Shown here one piece after another: positions 52,286 through 64,000 of a DNA stretch of 64,000 nucleotides. Origin of the DNA: Paraspadella gotoi (Eukaryota; Animalia; Chaetognatha); contig CM119263.1 of NCBI GenBank assembly GCA_051294375.1, positions 5,454,823 to 5,518,822 on the forward strand, written 5' to 3'. Position 1 is the first letter of the stretch. The number at the start of each line of letters is the position of its first letter. Under the pieces are notes generated by a model. That model did no database searches. It had not been told where the DNA came from and saw nothing but the letters and a program-made list of their open reading frames with translations. The translations under genes and the position numbers were made by a program.

Positions 52286-54832
52286 ATGTCGTGTCAGAAG
52301 TCAAAAACTACAACAACAACAATATCGGCAGCGATTTGTTTTCTCTTCTTTCTTCGATCATCATTTGGATCAAATTGCATCGAAAATTGCGAAAAACAAG
52401 GTAGCGTCTTTAGTAGAAAGATACAAACAAAATTGTAAAGACACTGAGTAAATGAAGTTTATACACAAACAGGGAGACAAATGAGAACAAGGATGTGCAT
52501 TGTGCGGATGCCAATTGAAAATTTTTTACGTTGGTTTTTCGTAGGAATTGTTTTTCCTATTGTCTCCGCAATCCTACAATAATCTGGAGTATTCCCAAAG
52601 GGTTCGCCACTCCATTTAAAATTTATTGTCAAAGTGGTGACAACGTAGGATTCGACCTACCACGCACCGGGTGTCGTTGGTGTAGAGAATAAAAAAAAGT
52701 ACTTGATTTTTTCACTGTAACGTAACTAAGACAACAACATTGAACATAATAGTTTAATCCAACGCTTAATATGTATTTAAAATTATAATTATATTTTAAG
52801 CGCTATATTTACATAAACCAAGTGACAATTTTTAAAAAGAGAATTATTTTATTCTCATAATTTTAATGTTTTTTTTTAAAAAAACAAACACTTCAATATG
52901 CAAATGAGACTAAAATATAAAAAAAAAATTATCATTAATACGTCCCCTCGTATTCTGCGAATGGAATGGAATTAAATGGAATCAGCCTGAGGAGATCTCA
53001 AAATTTTCTCCGGGTAAAATTGTCTCACAATTATTGGTCGAAAATCGTTATTGATCAGATATCCATTTAACTTGCGCATGAGTCAATTGTATATTTTTTA
53101 GCGTCATTTATATTTCACCGACCGAATTTTTTTTTTTAAATCAAACTTAATATTTATGTATCAATATGTAAGACTCGCTGCAGAACTCATAATCATGAAA
53201 ATTTTCTGAATACGCACCAAACAGCTTATACTAAAATTCAACGCAATGAAACAGCGCAATTTAGCAACGCATTGCAATATTGCAAAGTAATGCCGCGCAT
53301 TGCTACAATGTAATGCAATCATGCCATGCGCAATCGGTTGAATTAACATTCTTCGTTCTTTCCATCATCTATTACAGCGACCCCATCAACCTGCTGGAGC
53401 AGCAACATCGCTTGGTACTCCATCAACGCCCTATACTCATTCAACCAGAGGGTGACGGTGGCGGCGCACATCGGCGCTTGGAAGAAACAAAGGAGCAAAC
53501 CGATTTTCGATCCGACTCGAGTGGCGGCGCTGTTGAATAGGATCGCAGAATGGAACGAAGGTTGTTGGTGACCGAAGATGTTATTAGTATTAATATTTAT
53601 GTATTTATGATATTATATATTTAAATTTTGCAAATAATTTGGCATCAACGTGTTAGAAAATGTCACTATTTAATTTCAACTCAATTACATTATCATAAAT
53701 GAAAGTATTTCTTATAAAATATTGGTACAAAGTAGTACAATATTATCTTAATCTTTCCCTACTTAATCTACCCTAGGTCCGCTAAACAACGACACTGTCA
53801 AAGATTTTTTCAACTTAATTATAAACAAAACGACTGAATACGAATTTGACGCTTTGGATGATCCGCCTAAGTTCAACTGCAGTTTATATGACGAGTGTAA
53901 AAAGGGATACGAGACTGACTGCAACTCTAGCTGTTCGATTGGTGAGTCTCACAAGCGATTTAACAAATCACATTTGAACTGAAATTTATTGTAGAATCAG
54001 TCTTCATGAATATCATCATTACCGAAAAAACGAAAACAAAAATTAAGTAGTAAAATATAAAATTAAAAAGAATAGAAAAGAATATAAAAGGAAAATAGAA
54101 AAAGAATATAAAATTAAAAAGAAGAAAAAAAGAAAATCTTTTGTTTTTACATTGAATAGCAGCTCTATCTATCTTTAGAAGAGGAACTTATTTCTTAGAC
54201 AAGAGACAATGAGAATTATATTGCACCTTTAAAACTACCAAAAAAATTGAATTCATTTTCTGCCTGAATCTTTGATCTGATTACGAGCTAAATTTAACTG
54301 AAAATTTTAACTGTTAGCATTAAATAGAATCACATCCTCACCGACACTAATCCTTTCACACTACCCTCCATTTTCCACCCCCCACATTTCATACTCCCCT
54401 CCATTCTCAGATGATTCAACTCTCGACTGTTGGCGAAACAACATCAACGTCTTCACTGAATCTTTGCTTCTTTCGTCGAATCAAATTTCGATTCTGGAAT
54501 CGAGACTAAATCGATCACTGAGTCAAGAAGGCCGACAGTCGGTCAACCGAACGACGATAGATCAACGAATCGAGACGATTCTCACGGCTAATGTCGGTCT
54601 TCCTCTGCCCGACAACTCTGTCCGGCAAGTCTTTCTCAAACTCTTTGATTACACTTTGGACTTTAGCGAGACCTCGTCGTCGGAGTCTGCCCCGGAGTTT
54701 GAGTGCAAAGTCTCGCCAGAGTGCAAGTCCGCCGCCAGGGGTTTGAGACCCGAATGGTGGACGTCGGTGTTTTTGTCTTTGTTGTTGTTGTTGGCGGGAA
54801 AGTGGGAATATTTGAGTTATGTCGCGTCATGA
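52286..54832 (+). CDS. Secreted/membrane-anchored AroQ-type chorismate mutase-like protein, 294 aa (exons 52286-52400, 53378-53560, 53777-53941, 54411-54832)
   Basis: Three phase-1 GT-AG introns, 885 nt in total. Signal peptide, then FNQRVTVAAHIGAWKKQRSKPIFDPTRVAALLNRIAEWNEGPLNNDTVKDFFNLIINKTTEYE (AroQ R-x10-K-x8-D-x2-R pattern), a second degenerate repeat LDCWRNNINVFTESLL...PLPDNSVRQVF and a hydrophobic C-terminus. Confidence 0.82.
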
Positions 54833-56624
54833 ATTCCGACTTTAATTCAGAAGAAGTATTTATAATTATAATCGCTAAAATTGTAAACATTGTACCGACT
54901 ATGTATAGTTGTATACATATAGCAAAAAAGAGTTTTAATAAAAAATATGATTTTTTTAGGTGTTAAATGTTCAATTTGTTATTTGTAGATCAATAATAAA
55001 GTTATAATAAAAGCGGCGATACGACTTAATTTATTCAGATGTATACAAATAAAAGTTCAATAAGCAATAATTAAATAGATTTTTAGTTAGATAGTAGTTC
55101 AGCTGGAACAGCTTTTTTACCCTTACTTACATACATGCAACATACATTAGCATTGTAACCAAATTGTAAATTAAAACCTACTAAATCGTATTAGATCGAG
55201 CAACGCCTTCAAAAGAGGCTCAGCCTCTCTGTCTCTAAAAGGATTTTAAATCCGCTTAATCTTCTCTTTATTTGTTTTTCTCGTTGATTTGAATCCCCCT
55301 ACCTTTTCCTCGTCCTTAGTCCTTACCCTGGGCAAGTTTCTCTTTCGGGGGAAATTAAAAGGGAGGCAACCTGACTGGGGAAAAGGCAAGGGAGGCTAAA
55401 TGGGTGAGGGGTCGATTCGGGTGGGATTCGAGAGGGAAATCCTCTTTGGCCTTAATCGATCTGAGTTCAATCGACGATGGGGAATTGATTGATAAAATAG
55501 GAAATGGGAAGGGGGATTAAGTGAGCGAAATGAAGAGAGAAAGGAAGAGGGGAAAAATAAAGGAAAAAGGGAAAGATAGAAGTATGGAAAAGAAATAAAG
55601 AAAAAAGCTTGGAGAAACTGAAACAGTTGGGAAAGGGAGCAGAGGATATCTCAAACTTTATCCACACATCTTGAACTTGCTTTAACTTAAAATCTACTCA
55701 AGCTTGTTTTAAAAACCGAAAATCGCCTGTTCTGTTTATATCTGGTCTGTTCATGTAATTTTCTTGACATGTATCCATTAAGAATCCCTCCTTTTTTTCT
55801 CTCTCATTTCCGTTAAGTTTTTTTTGGACTACTTTTCCGGGGATATTGATTTTCCATATTTTCGTGTTTTAACTTTTCTCTCTTTACAGGCGAAAGAGGA
55901 GAATAATTGTAAAAAAAAAAATCTAAAAAAAAAAGAGAAAGTACATAGAAAGAAATCTAAATAACGTTTATGTTTGCTTACAACTCGCTCTAAAAAGTTT
56001 TTGGGCTACCAACCATTAATATTTTTAAAAAAGTTTGACCTTCATCTTCTCAACACATTTTTTAATATTGTCTTTTATTCCAAAAAAAATTTCAAAACGT
56101 AATCAAAGTTGAAAATTCTCGATTTAAAAAGTTCATTATTTCTTTGTCACTTCCGCCTTAAAAAGAAATGAAAATAAATGAAATTAATTTCTCGGTGTCG
56201 TTGTTCTCGTCATAGTCGTCGTTTACGTCGTCGTTGTTGTCGATTTCGTCGTCGTTGTTCTCGTCATAGTCGTCGTTTTCGTCGTCGATTTCGTCGTCGA
56301 TTTCGTCGTCGTTTTTTTTTTCAAAATTCGCTCATCACATTTAATAAAAAAAGTTAAAACTTGAAAAAGTTAAACCAATAGTATTGGCAATACTGAAACT
56401 ACGAATTTATGAAAAATAGGAATATATAAAAAAAAGAAGAAATTAATCAGATCTATTTAAGTAAATGTATAAATCGCTCGAAGCTGAGAGTCAAGCATGT
56501 TTAAGAAACAACAAAAATCCATCTTCTGCTGGGATTAGAGCTCTAGTGTCAAATCATCGCAGTTCCTCAATAAACAGGCCAACGATTCATATGGATCATT
56601 GGATTAGGCTAACTGTTTAAAAAG

Positions 56625-56800
56625 GTCATCATGGGCATCAGGCCGTCTCAGGCTTTTACAGGCGAATTCAGGCCATAAGATGTTATAACAGGGTAATACA
56701 GAACTTCACATCTCACCGCAATTCATAATTCACAAGTCATTGAAGGCCATCACAGTTCACAACAGGCCATCATAGTCCACAAGAGGCCATCACATGCCAT
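56625..56800. repeat. Degenerate ~20-nt minisatellite (AGGCCATCACAGTTCACA)
   Basis: AGGCCATCA and TTCACA motifs recur. Confidence 0.55.
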
Positions 56801-56882
56801 CCCACGTGGATTCCTTGTCTAAGTTGACCGACAAAAATCGGGAGTCAGAAATATCTTTGGAATCTGCAGACTTCTCTCTGCA

Positions 56883-56992
<110 letters not shown>

Positions 56993-58427
56993 GGTCTCGT
57001 TATTTTTCCTAGGACTTGCTTAGATTGTAAAACTAATTACTTGAGGAAACTTATATGAAACTCCTGTTTGTCTCTCTTCGCCCTAGGATCTTTCACAATC
57101 GTGATCTCTCAACAGTTTCACAAATTCACAGGTTTGGTGAATTTTTTCCCTTAGTCTTAGACGCACCTTTTGGGGCTTAGAAAAATGAAAGAAAAAAAAA
57201 ATTTCCCTTTTTTATTTCTTTCATTTGTTAAAAAATTCCTTTAAGATTATGATTTTCGTCTTTGAAACGAAGAAAAAAAAAAGAATCGAAAAACGAATCA
57301 CACCACAAATTTTAATTTCGACCCAAATTTGTTTTCGTTTTTTCGGTCACGTGACTTTGAATGCTGCACTTTTAGACTCACGCTGAAAGACTAAATGTAA
57401 ATATTGTTGTTTAATCATTATGAGAACTGTTATTTTCAATTTTTTTAAAATATGCTTTTAAAAATGAAGTACTATAATACAATTTTATGCTGATTTTATA
57501 TATGCTCTCATTCCAGCTAAAAGTTTCAGAGAAAAAAAAATTGTGAGCGGTTATATAGTTTTAAGCTTAAGCTCGAAAATAATTATGTCCAGATGGCTCC
57601 TTAAGATAAAGTTGTTTACCCTGTGTCCCTGAATGATTGTTCTTAAGTATCCGATATTTTTTTTTAAACGCCTTTTATGACAGAATGATTTACATATTTT
57701 AAAGCGATCGAGTTCTTAAATTTCAATGGGAATTTTCCTCCGCGACTCGCAAAACCTTCTGTCATAATACAATTTTACAAAATGACATAGCTGGAAACAT
57801 ATTTGACAAAGCAAGACATCATTGTGTTAAATTTTATTGATAATTTTCTTTTAATTTTAACAAACTTTATACAAGAAATTTAATTCTATTATTTATTATC
57901 CATTTTAATTGAGGAAAAAAATTATGCGGAATAGCCCATTGAAAAGGGTTCATTGACTGACGTAATGATGCAATTTTTCAGGTTTCTTTACTGCCTCCAT
58001 TTCACAAGACATAATAGGTCATGATTATCATGTCAGTATGTCTAGATTACCTGTACACCTTCTGCATTCCGAATTTTCCTTTTTTCCCTTTCAAATGTAT
58101 TAAATAAAAAAAATTATTTGTGAGAACGATCGGCGTGGAGGATGCCATTGGTAAGCCTTAGTTAATCTACTTCCCGATCAAATTATTCCAGACATATATA
58201 ACACTAACTAAAAAGTAACTATTGATACTATTATTTCTTACATGATATTTTGCGTAATCAGAGAAACGTTTAGCCTGTCAAAAAATTATGGAAAAAAAAA
58301 GAGTAAAACGTTCTGACAAATTTATAAATTTATGGAAGAATCTAAACTTTAAACGAACATCGGCATTGCGTCTCATCTCCGCCTCCTTTTCTCTCTTCAC
58401 ACTTGAACGCAACTAAACAATGAGAAC

Positions 58428-58492
<65 letters not shown>

Positions 58493-58584
58493 CTGGTCGC
58501 ATTACAGTTTGTATCCATTCAGCTCTGCGCAAAGAAGGAATAACGACTTAAAAGAACCACGATAACAAATTTGAACCCAAAAAG

Positions 58585-58618
<34 letters not shown>

Positions 58619-60353
58619 ACAAAAAAAAAAACAAAAACAAAACCCGAATCGTCTCGGTTTTAAAAAATTTATAAACTATTTTTTTACATTGAAACATTGA
58701 ATTTTTTTTTGTTTTGAATTATATTTTGACTTCGATCGACTTCGATCAGATTGTTAACAATTAGAAAGCTATAACAGATAAATATTAACCTAATAGCGAA
58801 TATTTATTACTGAATTGAAGTAAATATGATCCAACCGATTCAACCTCGGTGGTCTCTGGAATTTTTTAGTCTCCACGAAGTATGCACCAGCGGATATTTA
58901 TTATTTATTATTTATTTTTTTATTTATTAACCTCATAAAAGTCGAACCGCAACCGAAAAAAGAGCCAGATATGACCCGGTCAAACATAAAAGGCTGTTTG
59001 TGGCCTTTTGACTTTTGACTCTCAGGGGTGGGGATCTTATCTTTAAGGCTCAAGCGGAAAGGGAAAGGGGAAAGGGAATTGGGGGGGAAGCTGGAAAGGG
59101 GAAAGGGGAAAGTGGAAAGGGGAAGAGAGAAAGAGGAAAGGGCGTAGGGCGAAGGGGGAAATGGGAAAGCAAAGGGCAAGAAAAAAGAAAAAAGAAAAAA
59201 GAAAGACGATGTTTCCGAAAAAAAAGGTAAACAATGACGAAGCAAAATTCTCTATCAAATTCAGCCACTAATATTTCTCCGCGCGAAAAAAAAAAATAAA
59301 TAAATACCGAAAAAAAGACTAATTAAAAAAAGAAATAAATGAAAAAAAAAAAGAAGTTTTTTTCTTTCGACGTCATAAAGGATTAATGACAAGAATCTCT
59401 GCTCAAAAAGATTTTAAAACCGAAAGACAAATAAGGAAAAAGATTTTCCGAATCACATCAAAACCTGAAAATTAAAACAAAAGGTTAGAAAAGAATTCGT
59501 TACATAAACTCGATTCGACAGATAGAACAGCGATAGGCGAAAAATGTACAAGTTCGACCACGTTTGTTATGAAAACAATACATATTAATTATTCGAGTGA
59601 GAACAGAATAATATGTTAAAGAACAAATTGTCTTACAGGTTGTATAATGTATAATTTTTATTGGCAAAATTAATAAGAATTCACGACCGAACTTTGTTTA
59701 GCCGACGATGTATTTAGATTTTGATACTTGACTCATATTGACATTTATGACTTTTATGACATTTATGAAATATTTGGCTCTTTTTTTTAAAAATCCAAGA
59801 TTTTGAAATATTTTCATTAAAAAACTTCTCTCCGTAAAACGCAAATTTAATACCAAAAAACATCAACGATGAATTAGTTATAAAAATTATTTCCAAATAT
59901 TTCAGCTCAAAATTAATTTTGTTTTGACTCAATGACTTTTTTCCCCTCATTTTGTTCATTTGTTTTTAATTCATTTTTTTAGCCGAAGAAGAAAAATCAT
60001 AAACAAACGGATTCCGTCGCCCCCGTTTTATGTTTTACTCACCTGGTTAACCGACGAAGACGACGACGACGACGACAGTGACCGCGTGAACGACGACGAC
60101 GACGACGACGACAGCTTAAGTCTTCCCTCCAAATGAAACCGTCCTTTTTTCCAAACACGAATTCCCTTTTTTCCTTCTTTCTTCCATTTTTCCCTTTTTT
60201 TTTCTTTTCGCTCAGATAAAAAAAGGAAATGGAACCTCAACGATTTTCGCGGCGTCGAATCAATTTGACTCAGACAAAAACATCGAAGGAAAAAAACGGT
60301 CAAAATAAAAACAACAACTGAATCAATGAATTAAACATAAAAAAAAAAAAAAA

Positions 60354-60839
60354 ATGTTCAAACGTGTGCACTTTGAGCGTGCGTGCATGGAAATGCACGT
60401 TCCCATCTTGGACGGATTTAGTCTCTTCGTTGAACACGAGGGACTCAAGATTTATCGCAAGAAAGAAGACGGCGATGGGACGTGGGAATTTAAGGTTTTT
60501 ATCAACGATATTGATATTCGAATAAATAATTAAGTAATTATTGACTGATTTTTAAAGTTGTGAGGTTTTTCTTTCGCACTCACATTTATTTTCTATCTGA
60601 CTCACAACGAGAAGCAATAATTAAATTTGTACCCAAGTTAAATTATTATGCGATGGGGAAAAAAATCCGGATATTTTTTAAAGTTGTAGTTGAGTTGAAA
60701 TATAAGAATCTCTGAAACTAAGAGAGACAGAATTAACCCGAGCCCCTTGGGGGGGGGGGTGGTGAGGGGGGGGAACATCACTTGGCTCAAATTAGATTTG
60801 TGATTAAACCCGAATATCTCTCATCCTTTGGGACTAGCA

Positions 60840-60870
<31 letters not shown>

Positions 60871-61724
60871 GCTTCCTTGCTTTCTGTCTTTCCTTTCTTT
60901 CTTTCTTTCTGCCTTTCTTTCTTTCTTCTTCTTTCTTTTTTTTTCTTCTTTTCTTTCTTCTTTTCTTTCTTTCTTCTTTCTTTCTCTCTTTTCTTTTCTT
61001 TCTTTCTCTTTCTTTCTCTCTTTCACTTCTTTCTTTCTTTCCTTTCTTTCTTTCTTTTTTTCTTTCTTTCTTTCTTTCTTTTTTCTTTCCTATCTTTTTT
61101 CTCTTTTCTTTCTTTCTATCGCATCTGGATCTCACTACAGGTCCCTCCCTCTTCCTGAGAAAAAAAATTAGACTTGTTTTTCCTAAAGAAAAAGCTTTGA
61201 TCGGGATAACAGACGCTTTAAGTAAATTATACAAAAATATTTATTATATCTTACCATCTTTTAACAATATTATTTAACAAATTTGACAGCAAAACATAAT
61301 TAATAAATTATCATTTAGAGACAAGTCTGTCAAAATTATTTTTTAATCCAAATACTTAAGTTTAATATAATACTTAATACTTAATACTTGATACTTAATA
61401 CTTAACCCTAAACCAAAATATTTAATCCTAATCCTTAACCATAATCTTAATCCAAATCCTTAACCTATTCCCTAACCCTAACCTTTATACTAATCTTTTA
61501 ACCTTTCATCCAATATTTACCATTATTAATATATATAATCTAATAGAATTTAATCATATAACATATAAGCTATCTTAACTCTGACTTTGAACAATGGACA
61601 AAATAAAATGAAATGTTAACGATTAAGTGAGAGTTGATTTCACTTCCAGATTTTTGGTGAACTCAAGGGAGTAACGCCTGACGTTTGTTCCAAAGTCATA
61701 AACGACGTTAATTACAGGTGAACA

Positions 61725-61783
<59 letters not shown>

Positions 61784-64000
61784 CTAGATATTTTTTCCCC
61801 TTTTTTCGCGGGTGTCCCAGGGAGTTAACTGCACAGCCTCTCGAATCAATATCATAAAATAAAAAGCAAACCTCAGCCACCAGAAAGCAAAGAAATATAA
61901 GGCCCCACACGTGGATTTTTTAAAAAAACGCCAAAAATATAAAAGGGCAAATTTTCTTTGTATTGCATCAGCGTTGAACTTTAGATTCAAATTTATCAAA
62001 TTTTCAAGTAAAATCCTTTCTTTTTAAATTAAAAAAGGATTTTCGAAATTCCCGAACACCCCTGTTCAATGACCGGTCTTATCCGACCACCTCTTCTCCG
62101 ACCTCCCTCTGTCCGACCACCCTTTGGTCCGTAACACAGGAAACTCTGGGATCCGTACGTGAAGGATGCGTACAAAACAAGTCAGGACAAGAAAAGCGTC
62201 GTTTATTGGAACGTGAATTATCCCTTTCCGTTGTTGAACAGAGATTATGTCTACGCGACTCAAGAAAAGATCATTTGTCTTAATGGAAGACAATTTTGGG
62301 TGACTTTGGCCGAAGCTGCCGAGGTGAGCATTTCGGATTGGTGACTGTGACGGGTGATTGATTGGTGAACGATTGGAAATATCGAATGGCCCTTTTCGAT
62401 GATCGACAAAAAAAAATTAATTGAAGAAAACAGCATTTTTACTTTTTTAGTTTTCGTTGTTTGATAAATTGATATATTATTCGATTGTTTAATTGTTTAA
62501 TATTTATAATAGCGATCTACTTGTTATCACCAAAACATCTTTGCACTCCACATTCCACAATCCGCATACTGCGCAAACGAATGCTGGTTACGATTCTTTC
62601 AACATTTAATCCATTTTTTTTCTTAACCTCCTTTCTTCCCTCGCTCTTTCCTGCTTCCTCCTCTTACTGTTTCCCCCCTGCAATCCCCGTTTTCATACCC
62701 CACTGTCCTCTCCCCTGTCTCCCCCTCTTTCCCTCTTCCACTCTTCACTCTCTCCCCAAGGTTCCCGGCCTCCCGGAGATAAAAGGCACAGTTCGTGTCA
62801 CAGAATTTTACGAGAATCTCGTTTTCGCTTCTTCCCGCCAAAAATCGATCGGCGCTTCGGTCGCCGAGGCGGAGAAAAAAGAGCATCGAGAGACCGACCG
62901 ACCGACCGAGGAAGACCGACCGACCGACGACGCCCCCAGGACGGAGTTGTTCGCCCACATCAGCGACAACCCCCGGGGACAAATCCCAACGTGGATGTCG
63001 GAAAATTGGGCCAAACAAAAGTGCATCCCGGATTTCTACAGAGCGTTCATGGACGCGTGCGAGATGTACGAAGAGTATTTGGCGTTGCAGACGATGGAGG
63101 AGGAAGAGGACGAGGAGGAAGGGAAGGAGGAAGGGAGGAAGGAGGAAGAGAAAGGTGAGATAGGGTGAAGGGAAGAAATGAATGATTTAATTTGATTTGA
63201 CGTAAAAAGAATTTTGCTTTTGATAAATGATGAATTGATTATTCCCCTTTTTTCTTCTCTATTTTTTCTTTTTCTCTTCTCCACCTTCCCATCTCACCCT
63301 TCTCACTCCGCTCCTTTCTCCCCTTTCCCCTCTCTCCAACTCATCCCACTTCCTCCCTTCCACCCTCTCCATTCTCTCTACCCCCTTCCCCCGTCTTCTC
63401 CCCCCTTTCTCCCCCCATCTCAACAGATGTAGAGAAACGTCTTTCCAAATGCAAAATTTTCGTCTCTTCCAATAACAACAACAACGACAACGACAACAAC
63501 GACGCCGCCACAAAAAACAGCGCCATCGAGTGGGCGTTGGGCATATCCGGTTCGACGCCGCGAAAGACTGACGTCGGCGACGACGCCGACGCCGTCGACG
63601 ACGCCGCCCAGCGTCAAATCGGCGCCATGCTCGGATCGGCGCGCTGCCTCTTTCCTTCCTTTGGCGCCGGTTCCGCTTCGGCTTCGTCACGCCATTACGT
63701 TCGCGCGCAAATTCCCACGAGTCAACGCCTCTTGTACTCTACCCCGATGATATCGGGCGCGGCTGGCCCCCCCCTCTGCTCATCGGTCCACGAGCACGCC
63801 GCTTGTCCGCAATGCACGGGCGCCGACGTGGAAAGATCGCGCCACGCCAGCGGCGGCGGGAGTGACAACGGCGGCGGCAGCGGCAGCGGCGGTGATCTTC
63901 CGCCGCTTCCTTGGCGTCGTCCCGTGACGGCAGCGGCGTCGCCTCCTCGTTACGACGACCTCTACAAAGCGAAAAGAACAACAACAACAACAACCGATCA
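60354..64000 (+). CDS. PCTP: Phosphatidylcholine transfer protein-like START domain protein (exons 60354-60494, 61650-61717, 62140-62323, 62761-63154, 63427 to the window end; alternative unspliced stop at 63168)
   Basis: MFKRVHFERACMEM...KIYRK..WEFK|IFGELKGVTPDVCSKVINDVNYR|KLWDPYVK...VYWNVNYPFPLLNRDYVY...PEIKGTVRV...DNPRGQIPTWM..NWAK...IPDF matches the STARD2 motifs. Phases are consistent. Confidence 0.88.

Noticed and set aside
52481-52582. Short hydrophobic ORF MRTRMCIV...FFVGIVFPIVSAILQ as the CM signal exon
   Set aside because: It ends in a stop without a usable donor, whereas 52286-52400 gives an in-phase signal exon.
60782-61277. Phe/Leu/Ser-rich and Lys/Glu-rich ORFs
   Set aside because: (CTTT)n low complexity within PCTP intron 1.
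61360-61505. TAACCC-like telomeric repeats
   Set aside because: Only a few degenerate units mixed with TACTTAA repeats; not a telomere array.

Overview
AT-rich animal genomic DNA (Mastermind and CCDC65/DRC2 are present) with GC-rich exons, short spliceosomal introns and many (GA)n/(GAC)n/(GCC)n microsatellites. It is a draft assembly with N gaps, gap-flanking duplications and indel-rich stretches. Gene models were built by hand from splice signals and translation: two tandem GT31 beta-1,3-glycosyltransferase domains (-), an ST6GalNAc3/4/5/6-type sialyltransferase (+), CCDC65/DRC2 (-, one GC-AG intron), Mastermind (-), a divergent two-RRM protein (-), a small orphan type I membrane protein (-), a PCTP/STARD2-like START protein with a long C-terminal extension (+), and three tRNAs (Leu-TAA, Gln-TTG, intron-containing Ile-TAT). 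The standout is a 4-exon gene at 52286-54832 encoding a signal-peptide-bearing, Cys-rich, probably GPI/TM-anchored AroQ-type chorismate mutase-like protein with an apparently complete active site. Animals lack the shikimate pathway, so this looks like a domesticated horizontal transfer. Other oddities are about 22 tandem copies of an exon end plus splice donor in the sialyltransferase intron, a degenerate Penelope-type hammerhead ribozyme, and several dispersed, sequence-unrelated 100-350 nt hairpin-dense segments. All family assignments rest on recalled motifs; no database search or folding program was run.
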